Of a DNA stretch of 64,000 nt, positions 25,533-40,914 are shown in pieces. Location: NCBI RefSeq assembly GCF_009914755.1, contig NC_060939.1; one strand, 5' to 3'. How positions within the stretch are numbered: position 1 is the stretch's first letter; each line of letters begins with the position of its first letter. This DNA is from the human T2T-CHM13v2.0 reference genome, Homo sapiens. Both the position numbers and the translations under genes were made by a program. The notes under the pieces are model-generated. The model saw only the letters and a list, made by a program, of their open reading frames with translations, did no database searches and was not told where the DNA came from.

Positions 25533-26442
25533 CATGGATATTAACGCCAACAAAGCTCTCCATTTTATGCCAACAATGTCAAGAATTTAAACAGGATCTA
25601 GTGAATCTTACTCATTTTTAAATTTCTACTGACCATTCCCCTCTAGCACACAGGCCCTCCCCCATCACTCCAAGAACTGAATACAAATAAGAGAACTGAT
25701 GCAGGCGTTACTCCTGACCCACCTTCTCATTAGCTCAGCCCTGGTGATTTCCCTCATGTTTCCCTTGTTTAGGCTTGCTCTGCCTTGTGGGTATCCTCTT
25801 TTGGATTTGCCCATTTGGCTTCTGGAGTGACTCCTTGAATTTCACATCTGTTTTGTGTTAGACTTGACTTTGTTATGGACCAACGTCTCTCAGCTTGATA
25901 ACTCAGCCTTTTTTTATGGCTTTCAGAAGTAGTGCTCTGTGTCCCCTCTTCTCTGGTTACCAACCCACTGCCTGCCTACTCCCAGCAGTCGGGGAACACA
26001 ATCAGATACCATGGCCTCTGACAAATGTCCCACACATCCAAGGACCTCACTAGAACTAGACGTATGTGTGCTTGCATGAGATTGGGCTATGCTTCCAGCC
26101 CCACCAATCTAAGAAGGGAGATTATGTAGGAAAGTCAGGCAGGCGTATGACTCAAAATGTGTGGTGGTGGGGAGGAGATTCTACAAACTGTTGACCACTG
26201 GCTATATAAATCCAGAGCAAAATTTTAGAAAAGTGTATTCTCCACTTTAGTGGTTTGTAAGCAGTTGGAAGTGAAGCAGTGACCTCTAAAAGCCAGCACA
26301 GATTCACTTAAAATAATTGATATGAAATCTTGAGAGCAAAGTCAAAAAACGCACTGTGTTTGGATTACAGCAAGACATTTGACAAAGCCTCACAGCATCC
26401 TTGAGAAATACGGGCTACGTAACAGAGAGTGGCTAACTAGTT

Positions 26443-26847
<405 letters not shown>

Positions 26848-29113
26848 CAATGTGGCTAACTAGTTAAATGACTGGTTTAGACAATTGATCATAAGTAAAT
26901 GCTAATGGATGGATTAATTTTGACCAGGTCTTAGTAGCCACCACAAGGCTCTTTCCTAGACATGTCTTGTTTAGCAGTTGATTGGTGTGTGATACTGATA
27001 GAATGCTGATGAGGTATTCAGCTGATAGGCACTGGGAGGGACAAGGAATACTTTGATAGGTTCAAAAATATATGGATAGGCCAAAGTACAAGTCTGTATC
27101 TAATTGGATAAAATTTAACAGATGTAATAGTACACTTTTTTACTTTTAATTTTAAAAATCAACTTAAAAAGTAGCATGAGGAGAATATAACTCAACTGCC
27201 ATCTGTGTGGAGAAAGACTTTGATGTTTTAGTTTATTAAAAGCTTAATGTGGATACACACAAAAACACACACACATGGAGCAATAAGTTAAATCATGCCA
27301 CCAGAGAAAATCACCTTCACTAAAAGGAAGACAGGAAGGAAGGAAAGAAGGAAGAGAAGACCATAAAGTAACTAGAAAACAACAAAATGGCAGGAGTAAG
27401 TCCTTACTTAGCAGTAATAACATTGAATATAAATGGACTAAACTCCCCAATAAAAAGACATACTATCTTTTTATTGGGCTGAATAACATTTTTAAAAAAG
27501 ACTGACTGATCTGTTGCATACAGGTAATGCTTTACCTTTAAAGATATACATAGGCTGAAAATGAAGGGATGGAAAAAGATATTTCATGCTAATGGAAACC
27601 AAAAAAGAACAGAAGTCACTATACTTATGTCAGACAAAATAGAGTTCATGACAAAACTGTAAGAAGAGACAAAGAAGGTCATTATATAATGATAAAGGGG
27701 TCAATTCAGCAAGAGGATATAACAATTTTAAATACATGTGCCCCCAGTACTGGAGCACCCAGATATACAAAGCAAATATTATTAGAACTAAAGAGAAAGA
27801 GAGAGAGAGAGACCTCAATGCAATAATAGCTGGGGACTTCAACACCCCACTTTCAGCATTGGACCCATCTTCCAGAGAGAAAATCAACAAAGAAACATTG
27901 GACTTAATCTGCTCTATAGGCCAAATGGACCTAAGAGATATTTACAGAACATTTTATCCAAGAACTGCAGAATACACATTCTTCGCAGCATATGGATCAT
28001 TCTCAGATATAGATGCTTTGTCACAAAACAAGTCTTAATATACTTTTAAAAATTGTGATAATATCAGGCATCTTCTCTGACCACAATGGAATAAAACTAA
28101 AAATCAATAGCAAGAGGAATTTTAGAAACTATACAAATACACGGAAATTAAACAATATGCTCCTGAATGACCAGTGGGTCAATAAAGAAATCAGAAAGAA
28201 AATTGAAAAATTTTCTTGAAACAAATGATGATGGAAACAGAACATACAAAACCTGTGGGATACAGTGAAAGCATTACCAAGAAGGAAGTTTATAGTGTCT
28301 ACATCAAAAGAAGAAGAAAAACTTCAAATAAATAATGAGGGATCTTAAGGGACTAGAAAAACAAGAGCAAGCCAAACCCAAAATTAGTAGAAGAAAAGAA
28401 ATAATAAAGATCAGAGCACAAATAAATGAAACTGAAATGAAGAAAATAACATAAAAGATCAATGAAACAAAAAGTTGGTGTTTTGAAAAGATTAGGAAAA
28501 TTGACAAACCATTACCCAGACTAAGAAAAAAAAAAAAAGAAGACCCAAATAAATAAAATCAGAAATGGAAAGGGAGACACTACAACTTATACTACAAAAA
28601 TTCAAAGGATCATTAGTAGCTACTATGAGCAACTATGTGCAAATAAATTGGGAACCTAGAGGAAATGAATAAATTCCTAGACACATAAACCTATCAAGAT
28701 TGTACCATGAAGAAATCCAAAGTGTGACCAGACCAATAACAAGTAACGAGATTGAAGACATAATAAAAAGTCTCCCAGTAAAGAAAAGCTCAAGACCTGA
28801 TGGCTTCACTGCTGAATTCCACCAAACATTTAAAGAAGAACTAATACCAATTCTACTCAAACTGCTCCAAAATAATAGAAGAGAAGGGAATACAAACTCA
28901 TTCTACAAGTCCAGTATTACCCTGAGACCAAAACTAGACGAAGACACATCAAAAAAAGAAAATTACAGACCAGTGTCTCTGATGAGTATTGATGCAAAAA
29001 TCCTCAACAAAATACTAGCAAACTGCATTCAACAAGACATTTAAAAGATCATTCTTCATGACCAAGTAGAATTTATCCCTGGAATGCAAGGATGGTTCAA
29101 CATACACAAATCA

Positions 29114-29378
29114 GGCCAGGAGTGGTGGCTCACGCCTGTAATCCCAGCACTTTGGGAGCCTGGACAACAAGGTGGAACCCTGTCTCTACCAAAAAACAAA
29201 AAATTAGCCAGGCATGGTGGTGTGCACCCATGGTCTCAGCTATTAAGGAGGCTGAGGTGAAAGAATCGCTTGAGCCTAGGAGGTAGAAGTTCCAATGAGC
29301 CAAGATTGTGGTACTGCATTCCAACCTGGGTGACTGAGCAAGAATCTCACTCAAACAAAAACAAAAAACAAAAACCCA
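29114..29378 (+). mobile_element. AluJ-like with internal left-arm deletion, inserted in L1
   Basis: TTGGGAG joins directly to CCTGGACAAC; short TSD AAATCA. Confidence 0.85.
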
Positions 29379-29517
29379 CCAGAAATCAATCAATGTGACA
29401 CACCATATCAACAGAGTGAAGGACATAAACCATATGATCATTTCAATTGATGCTAAAAAAAAAATTGATAAAATTCAATGTCCCTCCATAATAAAAACCC
29501 TAAAAAAACTGAGTATA

Positions 29518-29981
<464 letters not shown>

Positions 29982-30402
29982 TAAATAAAGAGCATCCAAA
30001 TGAGAATAGAAGAAATCAAATTATCCTAGTTTGCAGATGACATAATCTTACATTTGGAAACACCTAAAGATGCCATCAAACAACTATTAGAACTGATTAA
30101 AAAAATTCCGTAAAGTTGCAGGAAACAAAGTCGACATATAAAAATCAGTAGCATTTCTATATGCCAACAATGAACAACCTGAAAAAGAAATTTAAAAAGT
30201 AATCCCCTGATGGTGCTTTTCACGTTCTAGTAATGCACACATTTTGGCCCAGCCTCCTGATACCACAAGTTTCTTTTATGTACTTAGGCTCACTTATGGA
30301 TGCATCACTTTAAAAGCCAGGAATTTAGGAAAGGTTCATAACATTTTTATAGAACCTTAAGCTTTTTGAAGGGTAAACACTTGTAAAACTTCTCTAAAGA
30401 AC

Positions 30403-31005
<603 letters not shown>

Positions 31006-31172
31006 TAAAAGACAAAAAGAAACAATTATTTAAGACTTTTAAGCAAATAGGAAAATAAGCTGACAATCACTACAAATATCAAGAAGGAATCCATTGGCTA
31101 GATAACCTAGAAAAAACAATACATTGTTTTCAAGCCAATAAATGTTTATAAAAAATTCAAATAATACAAGGA

Positions 31173-31522
<350 letters not shown>

Positions 31523-32070
31523 TCACAACTCTGGTCTTGGTAGAAGGGTTTGGGGCATCTAGCATTTATCATTTAAAGACCTGAATTTAATTCTTATTTA
31601 ATTCCATTTATGACAGGGATCATATTCATTCACTCACCTGAGCTGAAATTTGGCTTTCTGCAGTGACTGTAGGAGAGTCTAACAATGGACAGCACTGGGA
31701 ATTTATTGCTTCTATAGTAAATGTTAAACTGAACAGTTTTAGCACTAACATTTTTAATATTATTAAAATAGTATTAAAATTTGGGGATAATATTTTAGGT
31801 TTATGTGCATATCCCAGAAGTTTATTCTTTAATAGTGATGTTTGTCATCAACTTTGGCTTCAGCTGAAGAGTGACTTATTTTTTGGCCCTTTTGGCATTT
31901 GGCTGAAATGTGTATTCAGTGCACTTCTAATGGAGGCATAATGGGGTATGAAAATATGGGAAAGGCAAAATTAATTCCAGCTGATGGCATTAGTGAAGGT
32001 TGAGTGGGGAACAGACATTTGAGATGGACAATGAAACATGAGGAGGCTTCTAACAGGCAGAGATGGGTTA

Positions 32071-32544
<474 letters not shown>

Positions 32545-33799
32545 TCAAATTTTTGTCTTTAGTTTTTCTCAGCTCTCCTATAAATACACGTTTTTACATA
32601 CACACAAAATATGCTTACATATACCAAAGTAACTATTTCCTAAAGGAACTCTTTGATAACAAGAAAAGTGCTGCTGTTATTAATTAGCATACGATGATTC
32701 AGTGTGACATGCTTTCTGAGTTATTCTGGCTGGAAGTTTAGAGATAACACTAATTAGAGCTTGTAATATTAACACATAAAGTAGAGTTGAAGTGTCATTT
32801 TATCAATCACTTTCACTCTAACCAAACCCTGAACACTAATGGGAACCATACTCTGTCCCTTGTTCAAATATTTTACCTGAAGGCCTCAGATTTGTTCTCT
32901 GTAGTGTGTTAGCCTGTTGAACTTCAACTGTTTTCCATTACTTGAAGTGGGTTAAATGCAGAAGGTTGGGGGTGCCATACCACTTCTAGTTCAGATCATC
33001 ATGTTTCTTTGATTAGGCACTATAGTAGTCAGCTTTTGCTAAGTGAGTCTATAGTAACAAACGAACCTAAACCTCAGTTTCCCCTTCGCTCACATTATAT
33101 ATTATGTCAGCTAGTGGCTGAGGCTCTGATCCATGTAATTTCTTATTCTAGAACCCAGGCAGAAGGACCAGCCTCTATTCAGAACTTGTCTCTCTTGGTG
33201 GAGGGAAAGAGCAGGCACACTAGTAGAGAAAGGCAGTGACTCTTAAAGCTTCCACCCAGAACTGTCGGATTGTCCCTTCCACTTATATTTTATTGACCAA
33301 AGCAAGATTCATGTTTCTAAACTTTGTGATTACAATATGACATTTAACCGAAGAGAGGAGGAAAATCCCATCATGGGATCATAGCCAAGCCTGGAATGCC
33401 TGCGGGGCAGCACTGGAAGTCACATAGTAGTGGGCAAGCCTGTCTATTCCTCTAAAGGAGAGCAAATATGTGGGAACAATATTTCAATCTACCACAGGTA
33501 TTTAGTGGACTTACCTTTTCACTTATTTATGTAAATCTAATTTCCATGTTTTTCCTGTTTGTTTTCCTCCAAGAATTATGTTTCCAACTCTAAGGGAATA
33601 GTGGCAACCCTAAATTATAGCCTTTTTAAAAGAGAGCTCTGTCTCTATTTCAGGACTTTCACAGGATCTTATTCTCCTGTGTAGTCAACCCTCTTGCAGC
33701 TGGTGTTTACATCCAAATCAGGTCACTGGCTGGCATTTACAGGTGAACCTTCTGGGTCTGTGTCCCAAGAGGAGAGTAGGAGAGAGAGGGAAGAACCCA

Positions 33800-34650
33800 A
33801 CATTCATTTATTTACAAATATTTATTGAATACTTTCTGTGTGCAGGCAGTATTGTAGATGCTAGGGATGGAGGAGTAAACAAAGCAAAGCTTGTTGAGCT
33901 TCCACTAAGGAAACAAGCAATATGAAGCTATGTGGTAAAAGTGCTATGACGACAAGTAAAGAAAGGAGAGAATGGCAGGGTAAGGTGATAAGAGGAAGAC
34001 TTTCAGAGGTAACATGTGAGCAGAACCTTCATTAAAATGAGGGCATGAGCTAGAAGCATCTGGGAGGAAAATCATTCTCCTGCACAGCATAAAGACTCTG
34101 AGATGGGGAGAAACTTGGCAGGATTAAGAAACCTCAGGGAGGCCAGTATGACTAGAGCAGTATCAGAGAGAATATGTGGTAGGAAACAAAACAATCATAT
34201 ACAGATTTGTGGAGGTGTTAATTATGGATTTTATTCTAAATGTGATGGAAGCCATGAACGGTTTGGAGCAAGATGGTGATATGATCTGATTTGTTTTTAA
34301 AAGATCATTCTGGGCTGGGAGTGGTAGCTCACGCGTGTAATCCCAGCACTTTGGGAGACCAAAGTGGGCAGATCACCTGAGGTCAGGAGTTCAAGACCAG
34401 CCTAGTCAACATGGCGAAACCCCGTCTCTACTAGAAAAATACAAAAATTAGCTGGGTGTGGTGGGGTGGGGGGCCTGTAATCTCAGCTACTAGGGAGGCT
34501 GAGGCAGGCAGAATTGCTTGAACCCCGGAGGCAGAGGTTGCAGTGAGCAGAGATCACGCCACTGCACTCCAGCCTGGGCGACAGACAGAGACTCCGTCTC
34601 AAAAAAAAAAAAAGTCATTCTGGCTGCTAATATAGCGAATGTGTTATAGC
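33800..34650 (-). mobile_element. L2 fragment interrupted by AluS (34312-34613, +)
   Basis: CATTCATTTATTTACAAATATTTATTGAATACTT (L2 3' end, reverse); Alu TSD AAAG(A)TCATTCTGG. Confidence 0.8.
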
Positions 34651-34998
34651 AAAGGAGTGGAAGAAGTGAGGAAGGTTCTACCTCTTCAGTGCTATCCAAT
34701 ACTAAGGTATTACTCTTAACATCTCTGGCCCCATATGTGGTATTTAATGTACACGGATTTAAGAGATTCATGTTTATAAGCTTTGTGATAAAAATATGAT
34801 AATGTATGCCTGAAGAAAGGAAAAAATCCACCATCAAATTGCATTATTTTAGAAAAAGGAACTAAAATAAGATGTATACATTCGTTAGGAAAAATTTGAA
34901 ATGAATAGCGAAAATATATTTAATATATGCCTAACAGCCCATATTGGAAGGTGAGAGAGGAAAAGTGTAATAGATTAAGTCAGTCAGACACTGAATTA

Positions 34999-35378
<380 letters not shown>

Positions 35379-35429
35379 TTGATGAGATTTAGGAGACACA
35401 TCAGTCTGATCAGCAGTGGAAATCACATT

Positions 35430-35640
35430 AGAATTTGACTCAAGAGAACTGTGTCTCATCTCTGGATCTCCAATTACTGGCTCTGGGACCTTATACAAAT
35501 TACTTAACTTTTCTGAGTCTTCATTTTCTTATCTATAGAAATGGAGGATACCAGTTTATTCTTTATAGAGTTTTGAGGACTAGATTAGTTTTGAGGATTA
35601 GATGAGATATTACAAATGAAGTGCTGGCCCAGTGGTTGGT
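35430..35640 (+). mobile_element. MIR
   Basis: GGACCTTATACAAATTACTTAACTTTTCTGAGTCTT...TATCTATAGAAATGGAG...GAGGATTAGATGAGAT. Confidence 0.65.
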
Positions 35641-35815
35641 ATGTATTATAAGTATAAACATTCTTATGAACCTGAATTCTGTAGGAAATTGCTCTCAGGA
35701 AGCTGTTATCTCCAAGAGATTGACCCAAAGATGGTATAGAAAATAAAATGCAATGGCCACAAGATTGAGTGTTGACTGTCCTCTAAGTATTTGCAATTGA
35801 GAAGGGTTTTTTCCT

Positions 35816-36130
<315 letters not shown>

Positions 36131-37106
36131 TTAAAAACCTAAACCATCAGTGATCTCCATTGCTGAAATTAGTGGGTGCCAGTTGCATGAAATTCCAGGA
36201 TGTTTATCTAACCTAGGGTCCTCCCTCCTCTGAGGGGAAGAAGTAGATGCCAGGAGAGGTTTAAACCATGAAGTGGCTCGCACACTGGGTGTAGCTGGAA
36301 TGTACCTCAAGCAGGCACGTCAGTCCACTTCTTTGGCTGCATTTTTGAAAGGTGTGTCAAAGTTTAGCATTATTCCTGGGGATGGTCTACTCCTGAAGAG
36401 CAGGCCAGGAAAATTCCCAGTAAGTGACTAAATGAATAAATGGAAAAATGTCGCAGTTCCCTCTCCTCAGAGCCTCGCACAAAAGGTAGCCATTACATAG
36501 GCCACTGTCAAACAGTCCTCTGAGAGATTCCCACACTCTTCCTCTTCCCTCTAGACTACCCATCTGCCCCAATCCCCCCCTTGAGCAGCCTATTCTGTTT
36601 TTTCTCCCACTACAGCAGCCAGCCCCACCGCCTGGTGTAGAGCTTGAAGATGGAAAGGGAAGATAGGATGGGCAGAAACTGCCCTGCAATAGCTACATCA
36701 TCCCCGAAACGCATACCTAAGAAAACCACTAAGGTCACCACACCCTGGAGGTGACATTCGCATGATTTATGCCTCTCTTGGGCTTTAGATTTTATTCCTT
36801 TACTTTTCTATAACTCTGTCATGACCAGTTTAAAGGCCCCAATGTCATGTCCTCGCATTAACAACCAAGGCTACAATGCAAGCCCTGCCATGTGCGCTTC
36901 TTTACAAAAGGTCAAAGTAAAAAGGAAATCTATACCAAAGAGCCTCTAGATACTATTTCCAGCTTCGGGGAAGTCCATAGTAGGTACTTCCACGGGTAGA
37001 GAACATTATCTTAGACTGGGATAAGGGTTGGTATTCGCAGTCCCCTTCCTACGTTCTGCCCATTGTAAAGACCAGGGTCAGCGTTGAGCCTCGCCCTTCT
37101 TGCTAG

Positions 37107-37132
37107 AACTACAACTCCCAGGATGCCCCGCG
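37107..37132 (+). promoter_or_regulatory. ZNF143/THAP11-HCFC1 composite motif (ACTACA-n-TCCCA)
   Basis: AACTACAACTCCCAGGATGCCCCGCG closely matches the ACTACAnnTCCCA + SBS consensus. Confidence 0.85.
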
Positions 37133-37141
37133 GCACGGGAG

Positions 37142-37153
37142 TGCGCACGCGCG
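37142..37153. promoter_or_regulatory. NRF1 site
   Basis: TGCGCACGCGCG = YGCGCAYGCGCR consensus. Confidence 0.8.
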
Positions 37154-37159
37154 TCGGGG

Positions 37160-37345
37160 GCGAAGGAGGAACCCACCGCACCTACAGGGCGGTCGAGTGA
37201 GGGAGCTGCTGGCGGGTGGGTCTGGCAACTCTTTGGGAGGCCGACGCGGGCGGACCGGCGGGTGCTGGGAACCGAGCCTCGGCTTGCGGCCGGCAGTTTC
37301 CGTGGGTCTGTGAAGAGGTCGGCGGCCCCTGCGGGCGCCAGTCAG
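37160..37345 (+). other. TMOD3: TMOD3 non-coding exon 1 (5'UTR); TSS approximate; intron 1 continues past window end
   Basis: ATG-free GC-rich segment ending in strong donor CAG|GTAAGC (GT 37346-37347); identity from known TMOD2-TMOD3 tandem arrangement, no TMOD3 coding exon seen in window. Confidence 0.8.
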
Positions 37346-39408
37346 GTAAGCCCAGCCCGGTGCTTTCCAGGAAGTCCGTCTGCGGGCGCGGGTAGGGAGT
37401 CGCACCGGCCATGGTGGCTGAGGAGGGAGAGGTTGCTGCCCGCCGGCCGCCCGACTCCAGGCTCCTTCCCGACGGGTCCGTCTCGGGGAGCAGGGGTGCG
37501 CGGGGGCTGCTTCTGCGCGAACGGCCCGGGCGGGGGACGTGGGGCGCGCTGGGCGTCGCCCGCCGGTCTAGGCGCGCGAACCTGGCGTTCCCAGTGAATC
37601 ACCCGCGGCCCGGGCGCCCGGGTTCGGGACCGGCCCCCTCCCCTCCCGCTGAGCCGCGGCCGAGCTGGCTCCCTGCACCCTACCCAGCGTCGCCGGGACG
37701 CGATCACACCGAGATGGCACCGAGCCTCCTTCAAAGGCTTCGGCTTGTTGAAAGTGGGGCGGCGGAGTGGGGGAGCCAAAACTTAGGGCACACCCTTTTT
37801 GTGATTGAAATGTGGCTGCCCTTGCATTCACCGGTTTGATCTGTCTGCTCTTAGAATTAAGTTCCTAGCTCCCAGGCAGCACAGCTGGATCCGGCTGGGA
37901 AGTTTGTGTGTTAGTTTGTTTTGAGGACGTGACTGTGTCGTTATATTTTTGCTTGCGGGGGATGGTGTGTTTCCTCCGCAAGCCTGCATTCTGATTACAA
38001 ACAGAAATGGGAAACAGCCACAGTTTCTTTTTTTCTTTTTAATGTTTAGTTAAGAATCGCATTTCCAACTTGCCCTTGGCCTCTGTTAAAACCAAAAGTC
38101 ATCTGGCAATGAACACTGCAGTAAAACTTACCCCAGGAGGCCATACTTCAACAGGAAATAAGCCTGTGGAGATTTAAGTTAGTTATGTGCAGCCTCCCTT
38201 GGTTTGTAACATTTTCATGCAGCTCGTGTCTCCTCTCCTTTTCTGAGAAACCTTCAGATTAATTTTTTTGGCAGATTAAATTGATTAATTGGCCCGTCAA
38301 AAATATATTAGGCTTGGAAAAATAGCTTTGCCAAGTCTCATTTACTCTTGCTAGTTTCTTCTTCCTAGGCACCTTTTCACCTTTAAGAGTCAGCAATCAT
38401 AATAGTTACAGTCCCCTTTCTTACACATTCCTACGAAAGGAACAAAACGAATTAAAATGTCCCAATATATTTTAATTCTTTGAGCTTTCTTTGCTTTTGC
38501 AACTCTCAGAAATTGTAGTTTGCTGATCTTTAAAATTAGGTTGTTGGACCAGATGACCCCCAAGATTATTCTGCCCCTAAATATCTCTCGTTTTTAAAAG
38601 TTCATTTATTTTGCTCATTCAGGAAACACTGGCGATATGCATTCCAAGTCCTATGATAGACATGAGAAAGAGCAAACATGAGTTCTTGAGAATGCTGTAG
38701 ACCTACTGCTCAATTTTATTTAATCATATTTTTTATGATTAATTCCTAAATTTTGTGGTATATCCAATATGCCAACCTACATTGTAATTAATAACTTCAT
38801 CTGAAATTAAATAGGTACAGGTCAAATCCCATTCAAAGATTTTTCGTGTCTTAATTACTGGCCCATTGAAACAAAACAGGTTTGGTACAACAGAAAGGCC
38901 CTGAATGGTGGAGGGCAGTCTTTTCAAACACTTTAGCATGCATAATTCATTCAGGATATTCTAGGTTTGAAGTAGAGTCCAAAGTCTGTATGTCTGATGG
39001 GTGATGCTGTCAGAGACCATACTTTGAATGTCAAGTGTGGGGAGGTAATTTTAGAGGTATTTTCAGGTGTTTTTAATAGCAATTTAAATACTGGTACTGA
39101 TAACTGATATTAGATACATAATTGATGACTTTTTCAACTCTCAGTTTTTTAAAATACTGTAGTCCTATGAACTCTAACAAGAACAATTGTCATCATAAGT
39201 TTTTCTCCTTCTTTCCTTTTCCTTTCTCTTTGCTAGTTTTTCTTTTTTCTCTTTGCTTTTTTTTTCTCTCCTCCTCTTCCTTCCTTAATTGTTTTCATTC
39301 ACATTAATTTGGCAATTCATGAATTCAAGTATGTGTCTTGCCCCATTCTGTATTCTGTACAAAGCAATGTTTCAGGCTCCTGGTGAATATGTATAAGACA
39401 TGAGGCCA

Positions 39409-39707
39409 GGGCCGGGCCTGGTGGCTCACACCTGTAATCCCAGCACTTTAGGAGGCCAAGGTAGGAGGATTGCTTGAACCCAGGTGTTTGAAATCAGCCT
39501 GGGCAACATAGCAAGACCCTGTCTCTACAAAATAAAATAGATTAGCCAGGTGTAGTGGTGATGCCTGTAGTCCTAGCTACTCAGGAGGCTGAGGCAGGAG
39601 GATTGCTTGAGCCCAGGAGTTTGAGGTTACAGTGAGAGACAATGATTGTGCCACTGCACTCCAGCCTGCGTGACAGAGTAAGACCCTGTCTCTCTAAAAA
39701 AAGAAAA

Positions 39708-39711
<4 letters not shown>
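39409..39711 (+). mobile_element. AluJ
   Basis: Full Alu with J-type motifs. Confidence 0.9.

Positions 39712-39712
<1 letters not shown>

Positions 39713-39770
<58 letters not shown>
39713..39770. repeat. (TA)29 microsatellite
   Basis: Uninterrupted TA run at Alu tail. Confidence 0.97.
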
Positions 39771-39774
<4 letters not shown>

Positions 39775-40089
39775 TGACATGGTTCCTGTCTAGGACCTTA
39801 TTCTCTTTGGGATTAGGCAGATATACTTATGTATAGTCCACAGCACTTGTAAGAGCCACCTGTAGGGAATAAAAACGTGGTAGATATTCAGGAGAGATAT
39901 TTTCCAGTTGCAGGAGTGGGGAACAACTAAAGTCAATATTTTTTTCCATTCACTGGTCATCTCTTTCCCCAGGCTATACTGTCTATACTGTTTGAATGTA
40001 TGTGACATATCTACATAGAGTATAGTGGAATTCTGTAAATTTATTTTATTTGGAACCTGAGATGAGCCAGATACATGAACATAATTAGA

Positions 40090-40225
40090 ACCGGATGTGG
40101 TGGCACGCTTCTGTGGTACCAGCCACTTGGGAGACTGAGGCAGGAGTACCACTTGAGCCCAAAAGTTCCAGGACAGCCTGGGCAACATAGCAAGACCCTG
40201 TCTCAAAAACTAAAACAAAAGAGAA
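40090..40225 (+). mobile_element. Alu monomer (FLAM-like)
   Basis: Single diverged arm with A-rich tail. Confidence 0.75.
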
Positions 40226-40914
40226 AATCAATTATATCTGAGCAATATCACAGGGAGGATGAGAGGCTTTGCGGATAAAAATATACCTGGATAGAGGGAG
40301 GGAGAAAGATAAAGAGGAGGATCCAGTAAACAGTAGAGGAAAAAAAGGCTTTTAGTAAGGTTTTCTGGTGTCAGTCTGATGTATACTGATATTTAGGCTG
40401 TGTTGTAGCTGGCAAACTACTCTTCACACTTTTCAGTTGCTCTTTAATATGCATGAGCTCTCTCGATTAGAATAGATGAGGAGGGCATTATTCTCTAGGC
40501 CGTGTGGCTAAAGCGCTATCATCCCTTGGTCATTGATAGTCCTTGCTGACATTTGATTTACATGCAGTTTTATGTCAGATCCTTTAAAATCACAAATATA
40601 TGGAGAGAAAAATGGTATAGACAATAGAATATTCTACTGGGCCTATAACTGGTCCATTAAGTGCTTATTTAAATTGTAAACAATCAAATTTAATTTGGTG
40701 TTTATAAAAAATTATGTATGTGAACATACATTCTGTTATCTATATGTGTCTGTAATCCATTAGCTTATTTACAATGATCAAAGAATAGAAGTGTGAATAA
40801 ATCAGAATGGCACATGATTGAAAATGCTGTGTAACTGAAGATGCATTTGTGTAGTCTTGAATTTCATTTGAAACAAAATTGTTAGTCTGTATCTTGAAGC
40901 ACATTGCTACTTTG

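Larger units (their letters stand above)
37080..37770. promoter_or_regulatory. TMOD3: CpG island / TMOD3 promoter
   Basis: Abrupt GC- and CpG-rich segment, the main one in the window; no TATA box seen; spans exon 1 and start of intron 1. Confidence 0.92.

Noticed and set aside
27736-29044. ORFs with endonuclease and reverse-transcriptase motifs
   Set aside because: Fragments of a dead L1 ORF2 with stops, frameshifts and Alu insertions; not a novel RT system
37100-37831. Several overlapping long ORFs on both strands in the CpG island
   Set aside because: Expected from stop-codon scarcity in GC-rich DNA; low-complexity R/P/G/A products
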